From Paramoeba atlantica (lineage: Eukaryota; Protista; Discosea): DNA of 64,000 nucleotides. The stretch is taken from the NCBI GenBank assembly GCA_977017575.1, contig CDRNVI010000012.1:434001-498000 (forward strand), given 5' to 3'. Position 1 is the stretch's first letter, and every line of letters starts with the position of its first letter. The notes under the pieces are model-generated. The model saw only the letters and a list, made by a program, of their open reading frames with translations, was not told the origin of the DNA and ran no database searches. This document shows, in pieces, positions 21,552-32,451 of this stretch. The translations under genes and the position numbers were made by a program.

Positions 21552-22287
21552 ATGAATGGAAGCGACTCCAACGTAGGAAATGCTGCCCTTCATCAAGAAG
21601 AAACTACCAACTACGAGTTCTCAAAAGTTCAAGTCGATGAAACCTACATTGGGAAAAGGAAATACAACCGCGGAAGACGACAACGAAAGGAGGACTGGTG
21701 GTTTGTAAATATTTCGGTAAATATTCGAGGTGATCGGACGCAAAACTTGAAAAGCCCATTGGAAATTAGTTAAGACACGCGACAAAATCCCCTTGGAGAA
21801 TTTTACTCTGCCGCTGGTAACAAGTGCACGCTCCCTCGCGGTTTCAGATTGTTGGGGTGGGTACGTTGATTTCGGGGAATACTGTACACACTTTGCAGTT
21901 AATCATATTATCAATATGATAATATTTAAGGAGTTCGTTGAGGCCTACGGATATCATACAAATAATACCGAAGGCGTACACAGTACCACGACGTGGGTAA
22001 AGCAGCAGCACCACGTATTCGGAATGACTTCGATGGACCTGAAAAGGAACGTTGCACTTCAGTGCATCAAGTTTGGGTCCTTCCATAATCAGCGGAGAAA
22101 AGCGTGGAGAATTCGTTTAATCGAATTGTTGAACTGCATAAAAGACCACTATGGGTATGAAGCGAACGATCAGTTGGAAGATGTAAGCGAAAGTTATTGG
22201 AGTAAGGCGCCCCCCGACAGCGAGGACATTTTGATTAATAAGGAATCAAGCGGTGATGTCGAAGAAGATGGATTCTTAGAAGAGTAA
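21552..22287 (+). pseudogene. Merlin (IS1016/ISXO2-like) transposase pseudogene
   Basis: VQVDETYIGKRKYNRGR, VSDCWGGY, HFAVNH, GYHTNNTEG; split across two ORFs by a stop. Confidence 0.85.
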
Positions 22288-22479
22288 AAGCGAGAACAAC
22301 GTTTTGTACATAGGCATTTAAAGTGTACTGATCACCTCAGCTAGTGCGCTCGACCTCGGCTTCCAGGCTCTCCGAACCTTTGTGTTTTTTTTGCTTTTAG
22401 TCACTTTATAATAGAAGAAAAAAATACAAAAGAGGCCCCGGTGGTCCAAAACTGAAAATTAAATTTCAAAAAAAAATGC

Positions 22480-22655
22480 GCGGTCCAGGGGAGATCAAGG
22501 GTGGGATCAAGGGGGGGGAGGTCAAGGGGGGGGGGCAAAGAGGGGGGGTCAAGAGGGGGGTCACAGGGGGGGTCAAGGGGGGGGGGCAAGGAGGGGGGGT
22601 CAAGGGGGGGGTCAAGGGGGGTCCATGCGGGGGTCAAGGGGAGGCCCATGGGGGG
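22480..22655 (+). repeat. G-run tandem array (ggtcaaggggggg)n, G-quadruplex-prone
   Basis: More than 10 degenerate units with G4-G10 runs. Confidence 0.85.
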
Positions 22656-22887
22656 GCATACTTTTTGAAATTTTCAAAATTTTAAATTTAAAAATCGAGC
22701 GCAGGGAGGTGGTAGAGTATGCCGCGGCGATGATTTTCGACCCCCATGTTTGGGGGTGACCCGACCTCGTACGCGCAGGAGGGGTCCGTCAAGGTCAAAA
22801 TTTCCGAACTTTTTGGGATCACGGAATAAAAGCTGTTCAAAAAAAAACGTTAAACCACTTTTTCCCCAAAATCGATTCCTAAGTCGA

Positions 22888-23107
22888 ATTTTGAGAGTTT
22901 GGGACCTCAACTACCATTCTGTGTCGTTTTTTCGTCAGATGCGTCTCCTAACCCTACTGGTAAACCTCAAAAATGGCCTAAACTCGGGGTAAATTTTTTC
23001 ATGTTTCGCCTAAGAATCGGGCTATTTCAGAATCGAGGAACACGAATTCTTCGTGGTTTTTTGGTAACTTTTCTTCTTTGGCTCTTCGTTAAACGCGGAG
23101 GTAGTTT
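22888..23107 (+). repeat. About 220-bp dispersed repeat, homologous to 40322-40544
   Basis: Shared attttgagagtttgg, ctacca, tactggtaa and cttcgttaaacgcggaggtagtttt blocks in the same order. Confidence 0.7.
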
Positions 23108-23116
23108 TGAAGTTTT

Positions 23117-23680
23117 AAGAAACTGCTCAGGGAAATTGGTGTTGTAGCACGACACGCACCCAAGGCTCCTCACCTCAAACAAAGACATAAAGATGCCCGT
23201 CTGAAGCTTGCAAAAGAGCTGCAGCATTGGAGCACAGAGCAATTGTCACGCATCATCTGGTATGACAAGAAAATATTTCACTGCGGCTGTCGAAGCAACC
23301 GAAACCACTTTTGTCGAATCACCGACGTACCCATTGAAGCACCCAAAGGAATAGATAAGTGGTCCGATGGTCCTGGTATCATGGTGTGGATGGGAGTAAG
23401 TTTGAAGTACGGAAATCCATTACTTCGACAAACCAGGGGTAACAATCACAGGTCAAATTTTTGAAGATGCGAAGAAACGTGGGGGCTTTTCTTCGTTTCT
23501 CAAGCGTCACCACGGGGCCATAGTCGCGATGGATAACGCAACTGTGCGCAATCGAACACGTCGTTTGTTTGCAGGGGCCGGCATTAAGATGCTTGATTGG
23601 CCGGGAAGTCCACCGACTTGAATCCGATCGAATGTACGTGCCCAGACGGCCATAGAGGGAACAAGAAATCTGCTCCATGC
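23117..23680 (+). pseudogene. Tc1/mariner transposase pseudogene
   Basis: KAPHLKQRHKDARLKLAKE...IIWYDKK, IMVWMGVS, MDNAT, LDWPGSP/fs/DLNPIE; frameshifts and stops. Confidence 0.85.
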
Positions 23681-25790
23681 AGCGCTTGGGACTCACGGTA
23701 TGCCAAGATCCGATCTTTCTCCTGGACATTCAGTTTGTCGCGGAACGCCTTCTTATCGACCCGATCTTAGAGCGTGCCTGCGCATACGCGGGAAGAGGCA
23801 GCAACGTGCACGGCTCGCGCTGCATTCGTCAATCTCTTACAGCTGCAAAGAGCCGCTATTTTTCCAGCAGCGAACCGTCACTGGTTCTTGCTGCTCTTCG
23901 GCATAAGATAATAATAATTATCGGAACGCATGAGGATCCCCGTTGTGGAGAAGCCATTCGTGTGCCTAGCGCAGCCCGGCTTCTGCAGCGATCCCTGGAT
24001 CACGGCGTATATGAAACGGCAAGTATGTGACGCCGCCGCCGGATGCCCGGAGTGGGCCTATTATGCAAAGACCCTGACAGAAATTTCACCAGGTGTCCCC
24101 TTTTTGAAAGCGAAGGACGATGGGGTGCGTCTAAGGGTCTGAACCCTGCTCTGCAAGCTCGGAGGGATAGTCATGTGCTTTCGGCTGCGTCACGAAGTCG
24201 TCACAGTGTCTTGCGATGTCCTTGAATCCCCTACGTTGGACAAAACCGTTGACGCCAACAACGAATCCATTGTTGCTCACCTTGCGACCCATTCTCGGGC
24301 GGTATCTCTAGTTCACCGATCCCTTCCGTACGAACTTTGACCTGCAAGCCCTTGTTCGCCGCCTGAAGAAACCAGCGACCAACCGGGGCAATCTGGTATC
24401 CTTCACTTTCCTACACTGCTCCCAGCAGCAAATGTTTGGTACTATGCCCCGCCCAGCTCTGCGGCCATCAAGTCCTGCTCGTTATACCTCATTATCAAGC
24501 TCACATACCCAAGCTCTTCTCGATAAATGCTCAAATGTGCAAAGATTCGGAGCCTTTTCTATAACATGTGGGCCGTCCTCAATAAAGCCCGGAAGTGTAA
24601 TATTTCAATACCAGAGTATGCGGCATTCTGTATATAGCATGGGGTTTACTGTGTACGCCCCCGTTCACCCTGTTTTGCCCCGGATTATGCAGCTCGAAAA
24701 AATGCTTGAAACTGTATAAATACTTTACTGTGTATAGACTGGGGAAACAGGAATTCAGAACAGAAAGTTTGCCCCAAGGGCTTCCAGGTTGTCCCTTGGT
24801 GTTTCAAGGTCGACAAGTCCATACAATTGAACTAAAGACGCAGAAAAGTAAAAATCGTAGCGTACAGTTGTCATGAACCCATAGTCGTATTATCCAGTGA
24901 TGGTTTGCAGTTTTATCAAACTCGGATAATACTCCCTTGTATTGTAAAAGTGAAGCATGAACACACGTTAAAGAAAGCCACTTACTTGCTTTTCGTTTAT
25001 AACAGATTGTCTGCACGTCCATCACTATCAAACAACGATCTGATTATGAAATGTCCACACAAGTAAAAAAGACCATGCAAATGTATGGCAGTACTAACGC
25101 AGTCCCTGGCTTCCTTCGCAAGGTTATATTCCTCTTTATTTGAGAGTGTGCAGGTCATCGATTCCAAGTCATATAAAGAAAGAAATTTTTGTGCTTTATT
25201 ATCAAAACGTTAAACTATACCTCCACAGAATGATGCCCCACAACGTACCTGAGAATAATCTGTTGGGCTCCCCTCGATAATATCCAACGAACTACATACA
25301 TGTATTACCAAACATCGTTTAACAATTATCGAAAATGGCCAAAGACATTGCGCATGGTTTTGCTCACTTGCCAAATTCCACCGTGTACTTTCTATCACGT
25401 ATAGAATCGAACTCCAGAATGAAATATTGCTGATAAATGATGCACTGATTAATGTGAATAAATCGGATCACCCTCACAAGAACCATGAAATCGTTTGAAC
25501 GAGCAAACACTATCAAGTGCGTGCTTATTGCCTTTCATGACTTGAAAAGTACATTGCAGTACGTCATTTTTCCATCTCGAGATGTCATCGTCGTGAAGTG
25601 CCCAAATTTAGTTACTGCGGGACATTAAACCGCTGATCGCTCACTTCGGCTACTGGACTCCAGGCTTCTATTCTTAAGATAATATCATAAGTAAAACGCA
25701 AAGCAGGAAGTCTCACCTTCTTAAATAGAAATTTAGCGTCAGAATAACAAAACAAAACATACAAACTACGCAATACAAACTTTTTATCAC

Positions 25791-27134
25791 CTAATTAAGT
25801 TCTTCAATAATAATATCCTTCATATTATTTCCATCCGAATATACTACCTTCCGCGATCCTTCCTGGGGCGCGGACAATCCAGTTTCCATACTCTCTGTGT
25901 TTCTGACATCGATATTCCCCTTCGGAGAGCCACTTCTCCCCACACGACGTCGTGTGATGGCATTGATATCAGTTACCGGTGGGAGTTCAGCGTTTGCACA
26001 CCCCATCGGTTCCTCCGAAAAGAAGGGGTGTTCTAGTGCCTCTTTTGCAGATGGCCTTTGCCGTGGGTCCCAGTGAAGCAGCAACAATAAAAAATCTACC
26101 CCCAGTGGAGACAAGCGTGACCCAAATCGTGCCGCTACCGTATTTTCTGTGGGGTTTGCACACGGGAGTTGCGACAAAATCGCCTTTCCCATTTTTGTCC
26201 CTTTGTACAAATCCAAACAACACGGCACCCCGAGAAGCTCAAAAAGCTCTCGAATTAACTCAGTTTCCGCCTCTACGCTGTCCGGAACAAACGGAGGCCG
26301 GGCACATCTTCCCACCAGCGTGGATCCCAGGAGTAGCTCCGCGAACACAACCCCGACACCCCAGAGATCGAGCGCTGCGCTGTAGAGATGCCTCGCGCGG
26401 AACACCACCTCCGGGCTGCGGTAGATCATGGTCATCACGTGAGCCGTCCAAGCCTCTGGGGGAAGCGCGACCCCTCCAAAATGCCGGACCAGACCGAAAT
26501 CGCAAATTTTAAGTCCCCCATGGGCGTCGAGCAGTAAATTCGAGGTTTTAATATCCCGGTGCACCACCCAGTTATGGTGGAGGTGGGCTAGACCGTGTAG
26601 AAGTTGCTGGGTGAGATTTTTAACCTGAGCAAGCGTGAGCCGGGGCTCCGATCTCAGCTCTCGCATCCACACCTTAACATCGGCGGGGCAATACTCCATC
26701 ACGAGAAAGACCTCCGAGGGGTCATCCCCGGTGCACACCTCCACTACCCGCACGAGATTCGTATGGGAACATCCGAGCAGGACGTTAATCTCCCGGAGAA
26801 GGTAGTGAGGGAACCCCCCGCGGTGGTTGTGGATGTGCTCGGGTTTAATTCGCTTCACGGCATAGATTTCAGCGCTTGAGGGTTTAGCCTCCGTAGTCGC
26901 CGTCTTCATGGCTCGAAAAACAACCCCGTAGGAGCCCTCAGAGATGGTGTTGAGTTTCTTGTACTTGGAGATGTGCTCACAACGACGGAGGTACCGGGGA
27001 GGGGTCGTGCGGGGCCAGGAGAGACGGGTTTCGGTGGAAATGTTTTCACTTAGAAGTTGCAGCACGCTTTGAGGGCGCACAGGGGCGCTGCTTTGTGAAA
27101 TATCCTGGAGGAAGGAATCAATATCGTTACCCAT
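25791..27134 (-). CDS. Cyclin-dependent kinase of the CDK10/CDK11 group, probably kinetoplastid CRK9-like
   Basis: ISEGSYGVVFRA, GFPHYLLRE (PSTAIRE-equivalent), HRDIKTSNLL, DFG, YRSPE. Confidence 0.85.
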   Translation of the reverse strand: MGNDIDSFLQDISQSSAPVRPQSVLQLLSENISTETRLSWPRTTPPRYLRRCEHISKYKKLNTISEGSYGVVFRAMKTATTEAKPSSAEIYAVKRIKPEHIHNHRGGFPHYLLREINVLLGCSHTNLVRVVEVCTGDDPSEVFLVMEYCPADVKVWMRELRSEPRLTLAQVKNLTQQLLHGLAHLHHNWVVHRDIKTSNLLLDAHGGLKICDFGLVRHFGGVALPPEAWTAHVMTMIYRSPEVVFRARHLYSAALDLWGVGVVFAELLLGSTLVGRCARPPFVPDSVEAETELIRELFELLGVPCCLDLYKGTKMGKAILSQLPCANPTENTVAARFGSRLSPLGVDFLLLLLHWDPRQRPSAKEALEHPFFSEEPMGCANAELPPVTDINAITRRRVGRSGSPKGNIDVRNTESMETGLSAPQEGSRKVVYSDGNNMKDIIIEELN

Positions 27135-27379
27135 TAGGGAGAGGGGTGAAGTCTTGGAACCGGAGTGGACATGAAGGGTGGTGTGAAGGTTGAAAGTAGG
27201 AAAAAGAAGACCTTAAAAGGTTCATTTTTAATTCATTGTAGTAGAGTAATTTGTAAGATATATTTTTATCCCCGCGATGTCAACTTCATATATAGGAAAG
27301 TACTGAAGAAAAAGTTCGACCCCCATCACTGCACATGAAGGTAATTTTCACAAAAGGTTCATGACCAAAGCATACATGT

Positions 27380-30300
27380 TCAAGGGTGACGCATCACCGC
27401 GTTCGCCGGGGAGGCAACCCATTCAGACTGTAAGCTCTCTCCTGCGTGTGATCCCGTTTCCCAGGATACCACAGAAGACTCGACTTGTGCGGGTAGAGGA
27501 GAAGACGGGCCATCCTCTGCTTGCCCTCTAGTACGGTTGCGCAGCCATGGGTGTCCCATCAGCCCCGTCGCACTCCATCTTTCCTCCGGATCATGCCGAA
27601 AACAGTGCTCCAGAAAATCGCGACATTCCGGGTCAATGGTCTCTGGAACATTCGTAGGCAGTCCCTCATGGGTGCTAATAAAAAGCAGCGCGCTGTAAAT
27701 ATTTTCAAAATTCTCCGACCACGGGACATCACCTCCGTTAAGCATTTCAACCACCGTACACCCCACGGACCAAATATCCGCCTTGGTACCATAGGGTCCA
27801 TGTTTAATCACCTCAGGGGCCATAAAATACGGCGACCCCACACACCCGGTCGGATTCACCGTGGCCGATAAAATCCGACTACACCCGAAATCCGCCAGCC
27901 GCACATGACCCTCGGAATCAATTAAAATATTCTCCCCCTTGATATCGCGATGCACAATGTTGTGTCCGTGGAGGTAGGCCAGCCCCTGGAGCATCTCCCG
28001 GGTGTAATGCGCAATCAGCGCGTGCCCCAGCCCGTGGAACCGCCTGCACAGCGCCGTGAGATTCCCCCCGGAGGCGTACTCCATAAAGAGCGCCATGGTG
28101 TGGGCCGTGACCACGCTGCCGTAGTACCGAATCACGTGGGGGTGGGAGAGGGTTTGCAGCATCGCGAGCTCCGCCTTCAGGGCCTCGTGCTCCGTGGCGC
28201 GCAGTTCCCCAGAGGACAGCGCAATCTCTTTCACCGCGACGAGCCGCGGGGTCCCGCGGTACCGCAGCAGCCCGACATAGACGGTGCCGTAGTTCCCTTT
28301 GCCAATGACGGGACCGCGGCGGAAGGCTTTTTCGAGTTCGTGGGAGGCGATGGCGAGACGACCGGTGAGGGGAGGGGGGGAGGGGTCGAGGAGAGGGAGG
28401 GGGAGGGGGGTGGGGGGAGGGGAGGGGAGGGAGAGGCGCTTGGGAAGAGTACGACGACGACGGGGACCTTTGGAGAGGTAAAAGAGCACCAGGTAACGCT
28501 CGAGGAAGGCGTGATAGGCGTTAAGAATGGTGGTGTGCTCGGTTTTAAGGTCACGCCACTGGTCGAGGAGTTCTCGTTTCTCGGATAAAGGGGCTTTGTG
28601 GATTCTGGTTTTGTGTTCGAGGAGAGCTTCCTCGGTATTAAAAAGGGCTTGCTTCCATCGTGTGTTGGTTTCGAGATCGGTCGGATCGATTTCAAGCTCG
28701 GTGTCGTCGTCTTCGGACACTAATGTACAGAAATGCGACGCAAGAAAACTGAATATGGCGGATAGAAGCAATTTTACGGCCAGATTTTGTGCAATCGTAA
28801 ATATGAATAAAGATCGGTCCTGAACGCTGTCCTGAACGCAATCAAAGAAAGAGACGAACGTGACGCATAAGTACAGCCCGCCTTGTATCTTATTCACGTT
28901 CTTGAAAGCACAGGGGCGCGCCCAGTAATGGAGTAGAAAAAGGACGATGTCCCAATACAATTTGTAAAACCTTGTATTCATTCCTCGCCAAACCAGGAAA
29001 TGCAGCGTAGTTGAACGCAAAATCAAAACGCAACTTCGTAGCGTTACGAAACCTCTTTTATGACGTAGATCACTATCTCGTTGGTATGGTGGGTGTGCCA
29101 TAGGAAACTGTGTGTTGTGGGATATATTCGGGACAATCCATGTAAAGGCGAGAAAAGTAGCGAACCGATGAAGGCTCTCCGGTTTCTCTACCGCACGGCT
29201 CATGAGTAGGCAAACCAGCGGATAATATAGGGAGTTCGTTATCCAACTGAGGACACTATGCCCGGCGGAAAGAAACGAATCAAAGATAAATTGTTTATCG
29301 CCAAAAATAGAGTTGTCCCAAAACATAGCTAACCACAGCACGATCCACGCAACAATCGCAAGGCCAACAAATTTCTCGAGATACGAAACGACGTACACTT
29401 CGCGGAATAAGCTAATGCCACTAAGCAAGTAATGAGGCTTTGTACAAAGAATCAGTATTTCAAGTAGAATGGCTGAAATGTTCCAGTAGTTTTGTGCTAG
29501 GTAGTTGAACTCATAATAACTTAAATGCAGATCTAAAGGAGGCGCCACACGTAGCTCTTTTACTAGTGATTCAATAGAACCGCTTGCATAAAGCAACGTC
29601 GCGAATAAAAGTAATACAGCACTCAGAGGAGCGAACAGAAAGAACGCATAAATATCCTCTCCAGCGTAGCTGTATTGCGTAACCGAAGTATTCGCTATTC
29701 TGCCTCGTAAAAGCGGTACCGCTTGCTTCCGATTCGTTAACAAGTTAGATGCCGTCTTTTCGGGAACTCTTCCCTCCAGGTACAGGTACCTTCGCATTTC
29801 ATCGGATAATGCATCATAATCTGACTTTTGGGGTATATGCATCGACCCAACTTTCTCATCCGGATGCGGTGTTTGTTCAATTGGATAAGGAAGAGAAATA
29901 CGAGGAACATATGAAGGTGATGCCTCGTGAGAAAAAATCGGCCATGAATTATCCAGTAGGATGGCACCGGAATGATAAAGAGTGTAGTATCCACCGATGG
30001 ATTGGTATATGGCCCGCAATGCGTCAATAGTCTCTTCAGCAAAGTTATTGTGCGCCTGGTCTATAGATTCTCTCATTTCTGAGTGAGAAACGGTCGATGG
30101 AGCTGCCCCCTTGTCATTGTACCCTTTTGTAGCCATCGACAAATACGTAGATAGATCCTGACATTCAGACACCATATCTCCTCGCAGATACATGTCGCAC
30201 ATTCCAGCAAATTTGATATTATCTCTTTCCATCGTGGATGAAAAATTGTTAAACTTGTTCGTGTAAAAAATGCATCCTGATAGATCATTGCGTGAGGCTC

Positions 30301-31567
30301 GCTTAAGTTTAAGAGGAATAATGTATAGGTCTCTGCAGCTAAGCGGAGCGCGAAAAGGCTCCATCCTAGCAGTCTTTCCTTTGGTTTCAATTGCTTGTAA
30401 GCAAAGAGTCGAATTTGGGAAGAGTGTGAGGTAAGGCTCCTGCGCACCTTGCTGGGGCATTTCGTCCTGCACAAAATTGTTACTCCCCAACAAGGTATAT
30501 CCGTTTGAGACAATGGACACACCTGGGCGCAGGTCTAAGTTATCAGAGCCAAGTAAGAGAGTGCCTTCGACACTAAAGACACTCCGAAAAATGGAATTCG
30601 GCGAAAGAAAGAAATCCTCAGGATACAGTGCATGAAAACTACCACCTAAGATTGTTAATGAACTTTCTGTACCAAATCGAACACGTCCTTGTGCTTTAAT
30701 GACACCGCTGAGCAACAGTACATCAGTGGGTCCATCAAACGAGGTTTCCTGTAAAATTAAAGAGTCTGTAGCGAACACTACTCGACTGTTTGCAGTGCTT
30801 TCAGCTACCACGCATAATGACCTCGTATGAATATTATCGGTCCCAATAAGTGTGCTGTTCCACAGTTGTATATTGCCTGTGACAAAGCCTGAAATTGTTA
30901 GCTCAGCATCGCTGTTGACCCTAATAAGAGCGCCTGACTGAGACGTAACAGAGGTAAATGTTGCTTTTGTAGCGCTTGCTAACTCAATTTTGCCGGAGTT
31001 GTCTATAGGAACGTCGCAGTACATGCGGGACTGGGAAAGGAACTGGTTAGTCATACTAAAACTTTTGGCATGCATCTCAATGTATAGGGTCCCAAAGTTC
31101 TCCACACGTGCCTTGTCTGAAGCTCTAAGCAAGATATCATGCATGCTATTCGAAACAAGATAAAGGGAGCCGTAATTTACGATCCGAGCATTTGACCCCA
31201 TTGCAAAATTGGATGCATGAATAACTAAACTCCCATGATTCTCAAGCGTACAGTCCAAGAAGCATTTCCCAGTGCCACTTCCTGCGAAACCATTGTTACG
31301 AATATGTATTGTACCGTTGCCCTGAATCTCTCCTGACGGCCATTGAAAGGATTCTGTTTGAAGAACTTGCCCATCGAGGAACATTGAAGACTCCGTATCC
31401 AAAGTTTCATAGACAGTTGTGTTAGATAGCTTTCCATCATATTCTGCGACAGTCGGGGAACCGGAAGGTCCATAGTTTACCCTTGGTATTTGCCTCCAAA
31501 TGACATCTCCAACCACCCAACTTAACCAGAGTAGTACAACGTATCGTACTATCTGTTTCTGTTGCAT
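27380..31567 (-). CDS. Multi-pass membrane STE11/MAP3K-type protein kinase with a large N-terminal ectodomain
   Basis: Signal-peptide-like N-terminus, about 600-aa beta-rich region, several hydrophobic helices, kinase domain (IGKGNYGTVY, VAVKEI, MEYASGG, HRDIKGENIL, DFG, GSPYFMAPE). Confidence 0.88.
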   Translation of the reverse strand: MQQKQIVRYVVLLWLSWVVGDVIWRQIPRVNYGPSGSPTVAEYDGKLSNTTVYETLDTESSMFLDGQVLQTESFQWPSGEIQGNGTIHIRNNGFAGSGTGKCFLDCTLENHGSLVIHASNFAMGSNARIVNYGSLYLVSNSMHDILLRASDKARVENFGTLYIEMHAKSFSMTNQFLSQSRMYCDVPIDNSGKIELASATKATFTSVTSQSGALIRVNSDAELTISGFVTGNIQLWNSTLIGTDNIHTRSLCVVAESTANSRVVFATDSLILQETSFDGPTDVLLLSGVIKAQGRVRFGTESSLTILGGSFHALYPEDFFLSPNSIFRSVFSVEGTLLLGSDNLDLRPGVSIVSNGYTLLGSNNFVQDEMPQQGAQEPYLTLFPNSTLCLQAIETKGKTARMEPFRAPLSCRDLYIIPLKLKRASRNDLSGCIFYTNKFNNFSSTMERDNIKFAGMCDMYLRGDMVSECQDLSTYLSMATKGYNDKGAAPSTVSHSEMRESIDQAHNNFAEETIDALRAIYQSIGGYYTLYHSGAILLDNSWPIFSHEASPSYVPRISLPYPIEQTPHPDEKVGSMHIPQKSDYDALSDEMRRYLYLEGRVPEKTASNLLTNRKQAVPLLRGRIANTSVTQYSYAGEDIYAFFLFAPLSAVLLLFATLLYASGSIESLVKELRVAPPLDLHLSYYEFNYLAQNYWNISAILLEILILCTKPHYLLSGISLFREVYVVSYLEKFVGLAIVAWIVLWLAMFWDNSIFGDKQFIFDSFLSAGHSVLSWITNSLYYPLVCLLMSRAVEKPESLHRFATFLAFTWIVPNISHNTQFPMAHPPYQRDSDLRHKRGFVTLRSCVLILRSTTLHFLVWRGMNTRFYKLYWDIVLFLLHYWARPCAFKNVNKIQGGLYLCVTFVSFFDCVQDSVQDRSLFIFTIAQNLAVKLLLSAIFSFLASHFCTLVSEDDDTELEIDPTDLETNTRWKQALFNTEEALLEHKTRIHKAPLSEKRELLDQWRDLKTEHTTILNAYHAFLERYLVLFYLSKGPRRRRTLPKRLSLPSPPPTPLPLPLLDPSPPPLTGRLAIASHELEKAFRRGPVIGKGNYGTVYVGLLRYRGTPRLVAVKEIALSSGELRATEHEALKAELAMLQTLSHPHVIRYYGSVVTAHTMALFMEYASGGNLTALCRRFHGLGHALIAHYTREMLQGLAYLHGHNIVHRDIKGENILIDSEGHVRLADFGCSRILSATVNPTGCVGSPYFMAPEVIKHGPYGTKADIWSVGCTVVEMLNGGDVPWSENFENIYSALLFISTHEGLPTNVPETIDPECRDFLEHCFRHDPEERWSATGLMGHPWLRNRTRGQAEDGPSSPLPAQVESSVVSWETGSHAGESLQSEWVASPANAVMRHP
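27830..28560. other. GC-rich skew-flip island C (switch near 28250)
   Basis: Moderately C-rich then strongly G-rich on +; lies in the kinase domain and linker. Confidence 0.65.
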
Positions 31568-31892
31568 CGAAACTGATGGAATGCGTCGAAGGCTTCAAAC
31601 ATACTCTATTTTCCCTCAGTGACCTCAGCAGTGTCAACCAGTTGCATGTGAAAACATACGGACATATCCTACCTAAAAGTGACTTGCTTGTAAACACTAA
31701 AAATTCAGGACAACTAACAGCAAATGTATTCAAATATGCAAATACACGCAGATTTACGTGATATAATGTGGAATTAAAGTTTAGTTCAATTTCAATATTT
31801 CTTAATAAATTGGGAATATATTTCAAAACTTCTCGGGTATCCTTTCGCTTTCCTCAAGTGCTTCGCCTGATTCTTTTGAAGGCACTCACTCG

Positions 31893-32279
31893 CTAATTTT
31901 CTTTCTTTGCAAGATTGCTTCTCACACGACGCACACGGCGCAATTCATGGCGTTCGAAATCGGTTGACTCTCGCTTAGCTTGAGCAACGCCAAGTTTGCG
32001 GCTGATAGGCCCGGAGGAGTATTTCGTATTCAGATCATCCTTTTTAAATGCAGCGCGAACGGCTTTGCTGCTTGCACCACGAGTAATGTCCGTTTTCAAA
32101 TCAGTCAATTTTAGGGATTTAAGATTGATCATTACACGAGGGATACGACATTCCGGATTCTGAACAAGGACGTGATTCTGGTCAATAACGTTTACGATCA
32201 ATGCAGCTTTGTTCTTAAAGGCACCGCGCGTGATTTGCACCAGACGACCAACCTCAACGAACTTCTCTGAACTACGCAT
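31893..32279 (-). CDS. RPL14: 60S ribosomal protein L14 (eL14)
   Basis: From ATG 32279: KFVEVGRLV, GAFKNKAALIVNVIDQNHVLV, LKLTD, TDFERH. Confidence 0.93.
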   Translation of the reverse strand: MRSSEKFVEVGRLVQITRGAFKNKAALIVNVIDQNHVLVQNPECRIPRVMINLKSLKLTDLKTDITRGASSKAVRAAFKKDDLNTKYSSGPISRKLGVAQAKRESTDFERHELRRVRRVRSNLAKKEN

Positions 32280-32451
32280 TCTATAAAATACAAAAAAGAT
32301 AAGCCAGGGAAAAATATCTATTCTATATTTCGTCAAAATAGAACTTACTATACTACACACAAGTGTAAACATACCTGTAAAAAAGTATCATACGGAACGA
32401 AGGAAAAAATAATATCAATCATGAATTCGTGTTGGATTACTTTCCGGAGTC

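Noticed and set aside
18612-25791. Strand-switch region or divergent promoter in the long intergenic gaps
   Set aside because: Host genes on both sides keep the same orientation; the gaps are explained by TE debris.
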